A DNA stretch of 64,000 bases from an uncultured Bacilli bacterium (GTDB taxonomy: Bacteria > Bacillota_I > Bacilli_A > RF39 > UBA660), in NCBI GenBank assembly GCA_934098525.1, contig CAKONZ010000006.1:23504-87503 (forward strand). Direction: 5' to 3'. The stretch's first letter is position 1; every line of letters starts with the position of its first letter. The notes below the pieces were generated by a model, which was not told the origin of the DNA, did not search any database, and saw only the letters and a list, made by a program, of their open reading frames with translations. A program made the translations under genes and the position numbers. Shown here piece after piece: positions 53,675-63,958 of the stretch.

Positions 53675-54916
53675 TTATAGATTTAAACTATTCTTATTTA
53701 ATAAGAAATCTTTTACACCGATAATTAAAATACCATCTTCATTATGCCATGAACTTATATCATCTTTAACTACTATTATCTTTTTAAAATTATCGCCAAC
53801 GCAATTTAATGGTCTTGATTCTTGATAATTTTTTTCTTTTGAGTCAATATTTAATGCTGATTGTATATAATATCTATTACTTGCCATATTACATACAAAA
53901 TCTATCTCATAATAAGTTCTTCCATCATTATTTCTTGATTCTACTACTCCAACATCTACATTATATCCTCTTATTAATAGTTCATTATAAATAATATTTT
54001 CCATAATATGGTTCTCTTCTTGTTGTCTAAAATTTAGTCTTACATTTCTAAGTCCTAGATCAGTAAAATAATATTTAAATGGTGTTGAGATATATTTTCT
54101 TCCTTTAACATCATATCTTAAAGCTTTTTCAATAAGGAAAGCGTTTTCTAAATGTTCAATATAAGAAGTAATTGTGTTAACTGAAATATCTTTATCTCCT
54201 ACACTTGTGTATGTTTTATAAATATTCATAGGATTAGTTAGTGAACCTACTGATGATGCTAGAATGTTGACAACTGAGTCTAATACATCTTTTCTTTTTA
54301 TGTCATTTCTTTCTATAATATCCTTTAAATATGTTGTTTCAAACAAACCTAATAAATAATCTGTTTTTTGCTTTTCGTTTTCTTGAAGTACAACTGGAGG
54401 AAGTCCACCATATAAAACATATTCTTTCCATGCTTTATCTATAGGAATATTTTTTAACTCTACAAATTCACTAAAAGATAACGGATATACTTTTATCTCT
54501 GTGCTTCTTCCTCTAAATTCAGTTATAATATCACTAGATAGGAATTTAGAATTTGATCCTGTTACATAAACATCTAAATTAGCTTTCTTTAAAAAACTAT
54601 TTAAAACATCTTCAAAATCTTTTACTAATTGAATTTCATCTAAAAGAATATAGTACATATCATTGTCTTTTACTTTATTCATTACATAATTAAATAATTC
54701 CATTGGATCTCTATATTTACTATTTTCAATTAAATCTAAATCCAATTTAACAATATGATCTTCTTTTATTCCATCACTAATTAAGTAATTTTTAAAAATA
54801 GGGTCTAAAAGATATGATTTTCCACATCTTCTAATTCCTGTAATTACTTTAATTAATTTATTTTCACGAGCTGATATTAATTCATTTAAATACTGTTCTC
54901 TTTTAATTTCTTTCAT
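53675..54916 (-). CDS. AAA+ ATPase with DUF4143-type C-terminal module (COG1373-like)
   Basis: GIRRCGKSYLL (Walker A), YYILLDEIQLV (Walker B), and a C-terminal ..YYEIDFV....YYIQSA. Start set at ATG 54916, behind GAAAGGAAA. Confidence 0.7.
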   Translation of the reverse strand: MKEIKREQYLNELISARENKLIKVITGIRRCGKSYLLDPIFKNYLISDGIKEDHIVKLDLDLIENSKYRDPMELFNYVMNKVKDNDMYYILLDEIQLVKDFEDVLNSFLKKANLDVYVTGSNSKFLSSDIITEFRGRSTEIKVYPLSFSEFVELKNIPIDKAWKEYVLYGGLPPVVLQENEKQKTDYLLGLFETTYLKDIIERNDIKRKDVLDSVVNILASSVGSLTNPMNIYKTYTSVGDKDISVNTITSYIEHLENAFLIEKALRYDVKGRKYISTPFKYYFTDLGLRNVRLNFRQQEENHIMENIIYNELLIRGYNVDVGVVESRNNDGRTYYEIDFVCNMASNRYYIQSALNIDSKEKNYQESRPLNCVGDNFKKIIVVKDDISSWHNEDGILIIGVKDFLLNKNSLNL

Positions 54917-54931
54917 AATCAATTTTCCTTT

Positions 54932-54970
54932 CACTGAATTTTACTGACACTTTTGCCACTAATTTTCAGT
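54932..54970. promoter_or_regulatory. Copy R1 of a ~40-bp imperfect palindrome, spanning the predicted transcription start to the RBS of the AAA+/DUF4143 gene
   Basis: cactgaattttactgacacttttgccactaattttcagt, 37/39 identical to R2. Confidence 0.5.
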
Positions 54971-54973
54971 ACC

Positions 54974-55002
54974 ATTATACTACATAAATTTTAAAAAAAC
55001 AA
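54974..55002 (-). promoter_or_regulatory. Putative promoter of the AAA+/DUF4143 gene
   Basis: Minus strand: TTGTTT, 17 nt, TATAAT, lying exactly between R2 and R1. Confidence 0.4.
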
Positions 55003-55007
55003 TATCT

Positions 55008-55047
55008 CACTGAATTTTACTGGCAGTTTTGCCACTAATTTTCAGTG
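55008..55047. promoter_or_regulatory. Copy R2 of the ~40-bp imperfect palindrome, 6 nt upstream of the -35 box
   Basis: cactgaattttactggcagttttgccactaattttcagtg. Outer arms CACTGAA/TTCAGTG and inner arms TGGCA/TGCCA are complementary. Confidence 0.5.
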
Positions 55048-55105
55048 GGGTTTTTATTATATTGTATGTATTTAATTAAAAATTATAATAAAATTATAGA
55101 AAAAT

Positions 55106-55144
55106 AAAAGGATTGTTTCTGTAAATACAGATTACAATCCTTTT
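55106..55144 (-). terminator. Terminator of serS
   Basis: AAAAGGATTGT...ACAATCCTTTT 11-bp stem with T-rich flanks. Confidence 0.65.
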
Positions 55145-55163
55145 ATTTATATATACTCATAAA

Positions 55164-56453
55164 TTATTTTTGTCTTGGTTTTATTACTTCCAAACCACCC
55201 ATATAAGGTTGTAAAACTTTTGGAACTCTAATACTACCATCTTCATTATAATTGTTTTCAATTAAGGCTATTAATGCTCTAGTGCTTGCTAATACTGTGT
55301 TGTTTAAAGTATGAACATATTCATTACCGTTTTTTGTTTTCATTCTAATACCTAGTCTTCTAGCTTGAGCATCACTTAAGTTAGAACAAGAACCAACTTC
55401 GAAATATTTTTGTTGTCTTGGACTCCAAGCTTCAATATCACAAGATTTAACTTTTAAATCAGCTAAATCTCCAGAGCAGCATTCTAGTTGTCTTACAGGA
55501 ATATCCATACTTCTGAATATTTCTACTGTATATTTCCACATTTTATTATACCAATCCATTGACTCTTCTGGTTTACAAAGAACTATCATTTCTTGTTTTT
55601 CAAATTGATGGACTCTATAGATACCTCTTTCTTCAATACCATGTGCTCCAACTTCTTTTCTAAAGCATGGAGAATATGAAGTCATTGTTATTGGAAGAGA
55701 TTCTTCATTTATTAATTGTCCTTTGAATCTACCTATCATTGAGTGTTCACTTGTACCAATTAAGAATAAGTCTTCTCCTTCTATTTTATACATCATAGCA
55801 TCCATTTCTGCAAAAGACATTACTCCATTTACAACATCACTTCTTATCATAAATGGTGGTATACAATAAATAAAGTTTTTATTTATCATATAATCTCTAG
55901 CATACGCTAACATAGCACTTGATAGTCTTGCTATGTCACCCATTAAATAATAGAAACCATTTCCACTTGTTCTTCCAGCACTATCCTTATCTAAACCATT
56001 TAATTTTTCAATTATATCAGCATGATATGGTATTTCATAATCTGGTATGAATGGCTCTCCAAATCTTTCAACTTCTACATTTTCACTATCATCTTTTCCA
56101 ATTGGTACTGAAGGATCAATGATATTAGGAATTACCATCATAATTTCTTTTATTTCTTTTTGTAATACTTCTTCTTTTTCAGACAATTCTTTTATTTCAT
56201 CTGAAATAAGTTTAAGTTCTTCTTTTATTTTATTAGCTTCTTCTATTTTCTTTTCTCTCATTAAAGAACCAATTAAATCACTTTTACTATTTTTTTCAAA
56301 TCTTAATTTATCGCCTTTTAATTTGCATTCACGAAATAAAACATCCTTTTCATAAACTTCATCTACTAAAGGTAATTTTTCATCTTGAAATTTTTTCTTT
56401 ATATTTTCTTTTACTAAATCCCTATTATTTCTAATTAAGTTAATATCTATCAT
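55164..56453 (-). CDS. serS: Serine--tRNA ligase
   Basis: N-terminal coiled-coil arm, class II core (FRKEVGAHG..., GSCSN), 429 aa from ATG 56453, behind GGAAGGTGA. Confidence 0.95.
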   Translation of the reverse strand: MIDINLIRNNRDLVKENIKKKFQDEKLPLVDEVYEKDVLFRECKLKGDKLRFEKNSKSDLIGSLMREKKIEEANKIKEELKLISDEIKELSEKEEVLQKEIKEIMMVIPNIIDPSVPIGKDDSENVEVERFGEPFIPDYEIPYHADIIEKLNGLDKDSAGRTSGNGFYYLMGDIARLSSAMLAYARDYMINKNFIYCIPPFMIRSDVVNGVMSFAEMDAMMYKIEGEDLFLIGTSEHSMIGRFKGQLINEESLPITMTSYSPCFRKEVGAHGIEERGIYRVHQFEKQEMIVLCKPEESMDWYNKMWKYTVEIFRSMDIPVRQLECCSGDLADLKVKSCDIEAWSPRQQKYFEVGSCSNLSDAQARRLGIRMKTKNGNEYVHTLNNTVLASTRALIALIENNYNEDGSIRVPKVLQPYMGGLEVIKPRQK

Positions 56454-56559
56454 AATATCACCTTCCAATATCTATATTTTATCAAATCAATTATTTATAG
56501 TAAAGTATTATTCTTTTTTATTTTTATAATAAAATAAAGGAAAAAAATATTTTCCTTTA

Positions 56560-58374
56560 TTATTCTACATGCATTTGTTTAGATGCTGCTCTAAAACGTT
56601 CTTTATCATCTAAGATTTTCTTTCTTAATCTTATTGCATCAGGAGTAATTTCTACATATTCATCTGTTTCAATAAACTCTAAGGCTTCTTCTAGAGTAAA
56701 TTTCTTTGGTGTTATTAGAGTTAATGCTTCATCACTACCAGAAGCTCTTGTGTTAGTTAATTGTTTGTTTTTACATGGATTAACATTTAAGTCATTATCA
56801 CGATTGTGAATACCTATAATCATACCTTTATATACTTCTGTAGCAGGAGATACTATTAATGTACCTCTATCACTTAGGTTGAATAGTGAGAATGCCATTG
56901 TTTTACCATCTTCCATAGATACTAAAACACCATTCTTTCTACCTTTGATTGGTCCTACGTATGGCATATATTTATAAAAACTTCTTACCATTATTCCTTC
57001 ACCTTTTGTATTAGTAATAAAGTTACTTCTATAACCAATTAAGCCTCTTGTAGGTACTATGAATTTTAAATGAGTATGTGTTTCATCATTTTCTATTGAT
57101 TCAAGCATACCTTTTCTTTCATTTAAATCATTTATTACAGTACCAGAATACTCATTAGGACAGTTGATGAATACTTCTTCAAATGGTTCTAATTTTTTAC
57201 CATTTTCTTCATGTAGTAATACTTCTGGTTTAGATACAGATAATTCATAACCTTCTCTTCGCATTTTTTCAATTAAAATTGATAAATGTAATTCTCCACG
57301 TCCAGAAACCTTATATCCATCAGCACCATTTAATGATTCAACTTTTAATCCAACATTTGTTTCTAATTCTTTATCTAATCTTTCTTTTATATGTCTATTT
57401 GTTAAGAATTTACCACTACGACCTGCAAATGGAGATGAATTTACTAAGAAATTCATTGATAATGTAGGTTCTTCAATATTTATTTTTGGAAGTGGTTCAA
57501 TATTATTTATATCACAAATAGTATCTCCTATTGAAATATCTGGACATAATTGAACTGTTACTATGTCTCCATATTGAGCTTCTTTTACTTCTTTTTTCTT
57601 TATACCTTCATTTACAAATATTTTTCCTACTCTATTTGTTTCTATTTTTCCATCATTTTTAGCTAACGCTACCATAGTACCTGATTTTATCATACCTCTA
57701 GTAACACGTCCTACTCCTAATCTTCCTAAATAATCATCATATTCAAGTGAAGATATTTGTAGTTGTAATGGATCATTTTCATTTCCTTTATAAACATCAG
57801 TATGTTTGATAATTGTTTCAAGTAATGCTGTCATATCATTACAATCATCATCTACTTCATATTTTGATATACCTTCTCTTGCTATACCATATATTATTGG
57901 AAAATCTAATTGTTTATCATTAGCATTTAAATCTACAAATAAATCAAATGTCATATTAACTACATCATCAATACGAGCATCTTTTTTATCTATTTTATTT
58001 ATAAATAAAATTGGATTTAAATTTTGTTTTAATGCTTGTTCCAAAACAAATCTTGTTTGTGGCATAACACCTTCAGCTGAATCTACTAATAATACTACAG
58101 TATCTACTGTTTTAATAATTCTTTCTACTTCTGAAGAAAAATCAGCATGTCCTGGAGTATCTACTATATTAATTTTATAATCTTTATATCTAATAGAACA
58201 ATTCTTAGAATAAATTGTTATTCCTCTTTCTTTCTCTAAATCATTAGAATCCATTATTAATTCTGAATCAGGAGTTTTTGATAAAGTACCACTTTGTGTA
58301 AGTAATGCATCTACTAATGTTGATTTACCTACGTCTACATGCGCTACTACTGCTATATTTATAATTTTTTCCAT
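56560..58374 (-). CDS. typA: Translational GTPase TypA/BipA
   Basis: AHVDVGKST, DTPGHADF, NKIDK; 604 aa with BipA domain order. Confidence 0.95.
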   Translation of the reverse strand: MEKIINIAVVAHVDVGKSTLVDALLTQSGTLSKTPDSELIMDSNDLEKERGITIYSKNCSIRYKDYKINIVDTPGHADFSSEVERIIKTVDTVVLLVDSAEGVMPQTRFVLEQALKQNLNPILFINKIDKKDARIDDVVNMTFDLFVDLNANDKQLDFPIIYGIAREGISKYEVDDDCNDMTALLETIIKHTDVYKGNENDPLQLQISSLEYDDYLGRLGVGRVTRGMIKSGTMVALAKNDGKIETNRVGKIFVNEGIKKKEVKEAQYGDIVTVQLCPDISIGDTICDINNIEPLPKINIEEPTLSMNFLVNSSPFAGRSGKFLTNRHIKERLDKELETNVGLKVESLNGADGYKVSGRGELHLSILIEKMRREGYELSVSKPEVLLHEENGKKLEPFEEVFINCPNEYSGTVINDLNERKGMLESIENDETHTHLKFIVPTRGLIGYRSNFITNTKGEGIMVRSFYKYMPYVGPIKGRKNGVLVSMEDGKTMAFSLFNLSDRGTLIVSPATEVYKGMIIGIHNRDNDLNVNPCKNKQLTNTRASGSDEALTLITPKKFTLEEALEFIETDEYVEITPDAIRLRKKILDDKERFRAASKQMHVE

Positions 58375-58495
58375 ACTTCCACCTCTTTATACGACCTTTG
58401 AATTATACTACAAAAATCTATATAATTCAAGTATTTTATAATAAAAAAAGATATAAATACAAATGTATCTATATCTAAAAATTATATAATTATTT

Positions 58496-60970
58496 TTAAT
58501 TTGCTGTTATACTTACACCATTATATGTATATGGTGGAAGATTTTTTGTTGTGTTATTTCCACCACCTATAGCAAGATCCCAAGGAAGTGCTGTAGTTCC
58601 TGGATATATTATGCTTGTTAAATTAGGGTTTGAGTTTGATGTTTTATTAAATACATTTGAACTAAGCTCTGTAACTGTAGCAGGTAATGTTATAGTCTTT
58701 AAATTATTGTTATTAAATGCAAACATTTTTATTGTTGTAACTTGTGTATTACTTAAATTTAGTTCTGTTAGCTTGTTATCTTCAAACGCGTAATCATCTA
58801 TTGTTGTTAATGTAGATGGAAATTTTATGCTTGCAATTTTATTATTTTTAAATGCTGAATTACCTATTGATGTTACTTTAGTATTACTCAAATCTAATTC
58901 TGTTAAATTGTTGTCAATAAAAACTCTACTTCCTATTGTTGTTAATGTAGATGGAAATTTAATTTTTGACAATGAATTATCTGTGATTTTATCAGCAATG
59001 GATATTATCTTTGTGTTGCTTAAATCTAAATTTGTTAGATTGTTGCCACTAAAAACTTCACGTCCAATTGTTGTTAATGTGTTTGGTAATGTTACACTTG
59101 CAATTTTATTATTTTTAAATGCTGAATCGCTTATTTTCGTTAATTGTGTATTACTTAAATCTAAGCTTTCTATCTTATTATTATTAAAAGTATCAGATTC
59201 AAGTGTTGTTAATGTGTTTGGCAATGTTATAGTTGTCAAATTATTATCTGCAAATGCAGTTCTTCCTATTGATGTTAATGTGTTTGGCAATTTTAAGTTT
59301 GTAATTTTATTATTTCTGAATGTAGCGGCTCCTATTGATGTTACTTTAGTATTGCTTAAATCTAAACTTTCTATCTTATTATCTGCAAATGCAGTTCTTC
59401 CTATTGATGTTAATGTAGATGGAAATTTTACAGTTGTAATGCTGCTGGTTCCATAAAATACTGAAGAACCTATCGTTGTTAGTTGAGTATTACTTAAATC
59501 AACTACTTTTAGATTAGTTGGTGCAATATTACCACTAATTGTTGTTAATGTACTTGGAAATTGTATTGATTCAACTGTATCAGCTATTGTTGTACTGATA
59601 TCTTCAATTTTCAAACTGCTTAAATCTAAATTTATGATACCATTATCACATATTATATCAGTAAGTTTATTATCTGTTATTTTGTAACATCCATTTGGTA
59701 AGTTACCATCAACATTTGTCATTAAATCAACTTTGTTGTTCATAAAAGTAGTACCATATCCAATACTTATATCATCTGGTAATACAACTGTTTTTATATT
59801 TTTATTTTGTAAATCTAATGTATTTAAAGCTGTTACTTTATAATCTTTATATTCTGTATGTTCTGCTACTGTTTTTGTTTCTACATTCATAGTAAATATT
59901 TTTGAATATATATCATGGGCTTCATTAGTTGGATCTTGTAATACAGTATATATTTCTTCAGCAGTTGATCCTGTACCAGTTATGACTTTTCCAACGTATG
60001 AATCAAATTCAGTTGTTAAATTTTTTAGTTCACCTTTTGCTTCTGCTATTACTTGTTCATCTGTTAAGTTATTTGCTGTTAGATAGTCTTCATATGTTTG
60101 TCCTTCTTCTAAAAGATCATTTTTATACTGGTTAATCCATGCTTCTTCATTTGCTGTATAACTTAATAATACTGTTCCAGTTGTTTCTGGAATTACTGTT
60201 GGTTCTTTATATGTACTAGGTATTACTAGGTTTGTTGCACTACAAGTTGATGAGAATCCTGTTATTGTTTTTCCACCGTTTCCATCATCTTCAAATGTAA
60301 AGCAAGCTGGATCTGTTGTATATCCTACATATTTTGTATCACTATTTATATTTACTGTGAATTTGTATTGATATTTATTATCTTCACTCCAGTTTGTTAT
60401 ATCTGTATCATAGTCTATCCATGCTCTTAATCTATATTTTGTTGTTATTGTTTCATTTCCGTTTTTATGAGCATTTAGTTTATATGCAAGTTTTGTTGCA
60501 TTTTCTCTATATAGTGAGTTTCCTAATTCTGATATTTTAGTAGGGGCTATTACACCTACTTCTTTTCCATCTTCTACTTTTGTTAGGTATACTTTTATAT
60601 TTTCTTCTTGTAGTTGTTGTTTTCCTTCTTCAATTGTTTTTGATGAAAGATTTATTTCATATGGTATTTGTATTCCTACTGTATCAGTAGCATTTGTCTT
60701 AGCACTTGATGTTACTGTAAATTCAAAGTAGTTATTTTCGTTCATTCCTTCTGCATCTTTTTTTGGTAATGCATTTTCTACTATGTAACTATTTGATTGT
60801 TCTGAGTATGTCATTGTTACTTGTCCTGATTTTATTGTATTGTTATTATTAATACTTGAGTTTGAATAACTGAATACTGCATATGTTACTCCTGTTATTA
60901 TTAATACCAATGATGCGACTAGTATTGACATTACTATTTGTTTCTTTTTGTTTGTTTTTTCTTCTATCAT
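58496..60970 (-). CDS. LRR surface protein, paralogue D (unlinked copy)
   Basis: 824 aa from ATG 60970. Same architecture as A-C and mosaic similarity to B (N-terminus) and C/A (middle). Confidence 0.75.
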   Translation of the reverse strand: MIEEKTNKKKQIVMSILVASLVLIITGVTYAVFSYSNSSINNNNTIKSGQVTMTYSEQSNSYIVENALPKKDAEGMNENNYFEFTVTSSAKTNATDTVGIQIPYEINLSSKTIEEGKQQLQEENIKVYLTKVEDGKEVGVIAPTKISELGNSLYRENATKLAYKLNAHKNGNETITTKYRLRAWIDYDTDITNWSEDNKYQYKFTVNINSDTKYVGYTTDPACFTFEDDGNGGKTITGFSSTCSATNLVIPSTYKEPTVIPETTGTVLLSYTANEEAWINQYKNDLLEEGQTYEDYLTANNLTDEQVIAEAKGELKNLTTEFDSYVGKVITGTGSTAEEIYTVLQDPTNEAHDIYSKIFTMNVETKTVAEHTEYKDYKVTALNTLDLQNKNIKTVVLPDDISIGYGTTFMNNKVDLMTNVDGNLPNGCYKITDNKLTDIICDNGIINLDLSSLKIEDISTTIADTVESIQFPSTLTTISGNIAPTNLKVVDLSNTQLTTIGSSVFYGTSSITTVKFPSTLTSIGRTAFADNKIESLDLSNTKVTSIGAATFRNNKITNLKLPNTLTSIGRTAFADNNLTTITLPNTLTTLESDTFNNNKIESLDLSNTQLTKISDSAFKNNKIASVTLPNTLTTIGREVFSGNNLTNLDLSNTKIISIADKITDNSLSKIKFPSTLTTIGSRVFIDNNLTELDLSNTKVTSIGNSAFKNNKIASIKFPSTLTTIDDYAFEDNKLTELNLSNTQVTTIKMFAFNNNNLKTITLPATVTELSSNVFNKTSNSNPNLTSIIYPGTTALPWDLAIGGGNNTTKNLPPYTYNGVSITAN

Positions 60971-60995
60971 ATTTTCACATCCTATCATAATATAT

Positions 60996-61024
60996 ATTTT
61001 ATATTGTTTTTTGATTTTTTACAA
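60996..61024 (-). promoter_or_regulatory. Conserved promoter of LRR paralogue D
   Basis: TTGTAA, 17 nt (aaaatcAAAAAAcaata), TAAAAT. Confidence 0.5.
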
Positions 61025-61044
61025 TATGTTTTTTTAATTTTTAA

Positions 61045-61068
61045 ATAAAAAAAAGAGCCTAAGCTCTT
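61045..61068 (-). terminator. Terminator of efp (overlaps the stop codon)
   Basis: AAGAGC-CTAA-GCTCTT followed by T8 on the minus strand. Confidence 0.55.
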
Positions 61069-61625
61069 GATGCATATTTTCCGTCTTTTGTTGATACTAT
61101 AATACTTTCTCCTTCATTTACAAATAGAGGTACTTTTATAGTATATCCTGTTTCAAGTGTTGCATCTTTCATAGCACTTGAAGTTGTGTTTCCTTTTACA
61201 CCTGGTTCTGTAGAAACAACTTTTAATTCAACTTTATCAGGTAGAGATAATCCTAGCATTTCACCTTCATAGAATGTTATGTCAACATCTAGATTTTCTT
61301 TTAAGAATTTAACATCGTCTCCTAATTGTGATTTTGATAGATCGATTTGTGAATAATCATTCATATTCATAAATGTATAATCATCTCCTGTTGAATATAA
61401 GAATTGCATTGGTTTTCTTTCTATTCTAGCAGTTTCGCATTTAGTTCCAGAATTAAATGTATATTCAATTGTAGAACCAGTTCTTAAATTTTTTAATTTA
61501 GTTCTAACAAAAGCTGCACCTTTTCCTGGTTTAACATGTTGAAATTCTAATATAGTATATATATTTCCTTCAACTTTAATAGTCATTCCATTTTTAAAAT
61601 CGTTAACATTAATCACGTAATTCAC
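61059..61625 (-). CDS. efp: Elongation factor P
   Basis: 188 aa; VKPGKGAAFVRTKLKN loop and three OB/KOW-like domains. Confidence 0.95.
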   Translation of the reverse strand: MNYVINVNDFKNGMTIKVEGNIYTILEFQHVKPGKGAAFVRTKLKNLRTGSTIEYTFNSGTKCETARIERKPMQFLYSTGDDYTFMNMNDYSQIDLSKSQLGDDVKFLKENLDVDITFYEGEMLGLSLPDKVELKVVSTEPGVKGNTTSSAMKDATLETGYTIKVPLFVNEGESIIVSTKDGKYASRA

Positions 61626-61632
61626 CCTCTAA

Positions 61633-61797
61633 CTATTTTTCTTCTTTATGAAGTGTATGTTGTTTACATTTAGGACAATATTTATTTAATTCTAAACGTT
61701 CTGTTGTATTTTTAACATTTTTTTCTGTACGATAATTTTGTGATTTACATACTGTACATGTAAGTGTTTTTCTTTGTCTGTTTTCTAATTTTGCCAT
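61633..61797 (-). CDS. rpmG: 50S ribosomal protein L33 (Cys4 form)
   Basis: [14 protein letters not shown]...[20 protein letters not shown]. Start set at ATG 61797, behind GAGGAGGG. Confidence 0.9.
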   Translation of the reverse strand: MAKLENRQRKTLTCTVCKSQNYRTEKNVKNTTERLELNKYCPKCKQHTLHKEEK

Positions 61798-61868
61798 AAT
61801 ATCCCTCCTCATTTCCATAAGTATTATATCAAATATTTTAGAAAAAGCAAAAGTTTTTTTAAAATTTC

Positions 61869-63899
61869 CTAACTTTTAATTAAATTTCCTTCTAAATCAT
61901 ACATACTAAAGTATAAATCACTTATTTTTCTTGTTATTCGATAGTTTACATCTGATTTATATTCTCCTCTATTGGGATTTTGAACATCAGGAGATGATGT
62001 TGTTATACTCATGGTTGGATTTTCAAATGGAGCATATCCTACAAAGTTATTACTTATTGTTTCAAAATCTACTATTTGATCTTGATCTACATCTACAAAT
62101 GATTCTGATGTTCCTGTTTTTCCAGCTGGATTATATTTATAATTTATATATCCTACTCCTGTACCTTTTTCTAATACTAGTCTAAATCCTTCTTGTATTC
62201 TTTTTATATATTTTTCTTCTATATCTACTTTGTTTATTACTTTAGGTTTTACTTCATATAATATTTCTTTTTTATCATTGTTTTTTAATACACTTTTTAA
62301 AAATCTTGGAGAGGTTTTTTCTCCATTGTTTGCTAAGGTATTTATATATTGTGATAATTGCATTGGTGTATATGTATCATATTGTCCTATAGCAAAGTTA
62401 ATAAGTAAATCTCCTGCTTTACTTTCTCCTTTATAGCCATTATCTTCTTTAGGATAATCTACTCCTGTTTTTATTCCTAATCCATATTGATAAAATATAT
62501 TTCTATATATATTAAATGCTTTTAAGTCTACGTTTAGATCTGCTCCATAATGATAATCAAATTTACCTACTTTCATTGCTATTTTGTATTGATAAACATT
62601 TGATGAGTATTGTAGTGCTTCAAGATCATTAATTGTCCCTAAGGTTTTCCATGAACATTTCTCTGGTAAGTTGTATAGTTTTATACATTCATCTTTCATA
62701 GTTGTTCCTATATCTATTACTTTTGTTTTATATCCTACTGTCATTGAAGCTCCTTTTACTACTGATCCTGGAGTAATACTATAGTTCATTGTTCCTTCAT
62801 CTAAATCATAGAATTTATTATTATCAGTTATTTTTTTTCCTGATAATGATAGTATTTCTCCTGTTTTAGGATTTGATATTATATAGAAACTTTTGTTATA
62901 GAATTCTGTATTGGCTTCTTTTTTGGTATTTATTATTTCTTGTTTTAATATTTCTTCTGCTTTTGTTTGTAAGTTTATGTCAATAGATAGTACTATATCA
63001 TTACCTTTTTTTCCTTCTTTTATTAGTGTTAATGAATTATCCTCATTTATTTTATATATTGCTTTTTCCCCTTTTAGAATGCTTTCATATTGTTTTTCTA
63101 TTCCTGATATTCCTACTCTATCATCCATTGAATACCCTAATGATAAATAATATTTTAAATCTTCTTTTGGTATTCCTGTTTCTTTAGTAGATATATTACC
63201 GAGAATAGTTCTTAAGGTATTTCCATATAAGTATTTTCTTTCCCATTCTAAGTCAACATTAAAACCTTTATATTTATTGATATTTTCTATAATATATGCA
63301 TATTCTTCGTCTGTACAATTTTCTTTTATTGTTTTTTTGGAATAGTAGTATCCTTTATTCATTAAGTAGTATAAATATGCTGCTTTTTTATCTTTTTCTT
63401 CTAGAGTATTTAGATTTTCTTCTTTTATTCGATCTATTTTTAGTTCATATATTTCTTGTCTAGTTAGTTTTCTATTTTCTAGATCTTTATATTCTTGTTT
63501 AGTTATTAGTTTATCTGTTTCTTCCTTTCTTATTAATATATAAAATTCTTTTAAGTTTCTTGTTAATAGTTTATTATAGTCTAGTGATATTTTATCTATA
63601 AGAGAGTACGCTAATGATATTTCATCTTCAGTAGTATTATTCTTTTTTTCATATATTATACTTTTTACAGATGTATTATCTACTAATAAGTTATAATTCC
63701 TATCATATATTCTTCCTCTTGGAGCACTTTCTATTGTTACATAGTTGTTTGTATAATTATTTATTTTTACTTTATAATAGGTTTTCATATATACATTTAG
63801 ATATAGTAATCTTATTATAATTATTAAAAATAGAATAATTATAGATATTTTTATTATTTTTAGTTGTTCAAATTCTTTATTTAAATATTTTCTTTTCAT
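61869..63899 (-). CDS. Class B penicillin-binding protein (PBP2/FtsI/SpoVD-type transpeptidase)
   Basis: N-terminal TM segment, PBP dimerisation domain, and SVVK (SxxK), SSN and KTGT motifs. Confidence 0.88.
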   Translation of the reverse strand: MKRKYLNKEFEQLKIIKISIIILFLIIIIRLLYLNVYMKTYYKVKINNYTNNYVTIESAPRGRIYDRNYNLLVDNTSVKSIIYEKKNNTTEDEISLAYSLIDKISLDYNKLLTRNLKEFYILIRKEETDKLITKQEYKDLENRKLTRQEIYELKIDRIKEENLNTLEEKDKKAAYLYYLMNKGYYYSKKTIKENCTDEEYAYIIENINKYKGFNVDLEWERKYLYGNTLRTILGNISTKETGIPKEDLKYYLSLGYSMDDRVGISGIEKQYESILKGEKAIYKINEDNSLTLIKEGKKGNDIVLSIDINLQTKAEEILKQEIINTKKEANTEFYNKSFYIISNPKTGEILSLSGKKITDNNKFYDLDEGTMNYSITPGSVVKGASMTVGYKTKVIDIGTTMKDECIKLYNLPEKCSWKTLGTINDLEALQYSSNVYQYKIAMKVGKFDYHYGADLNVDLKAFNIYRNIFYQYGLGIKTGVDYPKEDNGYKGESKAGDLLINFAIGQYDTYTPMQLSQYINTLANNGEKTSPRFLKSVLKNNDKKEILYEVKPKVINKVDIEEKYIKRIQEGFRLVLEKGTGVGYINYKYNPAGKTGTSESFVDVDQDQIVDFETISNNFVGYAPFENPTMSITTSSPDVQNPNRGEYKSDVNYRITRKISDLYFSMYDLEGNLIKS

Positions 63900-63958
63900 A
63901 TTATTATTTTGGTTAATTTTTATAAAATATTACATAATATTTACTAAGGAAGTGTTTT

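Noticed and set aside
54932-55047. R1/R2 repeats as the ends of a MITE or IS element
   Set aside because: The two copies are direct, not inverted, relative to each other and only 76 nt apart. They enclose no ORF and show no target-site duplication. Their placement around a promoter fits a regulatory role better. A genome-wide count is still needed.
56454-56559. An expected T-box leader upstream of serS
   Set aside because: The gap to typA is only ~105 nt and contains no GGTGGTACC T-box sequence or specifier-loop structure. Only pheST has a T-box here.
58827-59456. 209-aa plus-strand ORF, plus similar plus-strand ORFs at 58551-58793, 23139-23390, 27816-28082 and 24392-24613, inside the LRR genes
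   Set aside because: These are antisense to strongly supported minus-strand CDSs. They are low-complexity L/V/N/F-rich translations that simply mirror the LRR periodicity, and they have no RBS. They are artefacts of repetitive AT-rich coding sequence.
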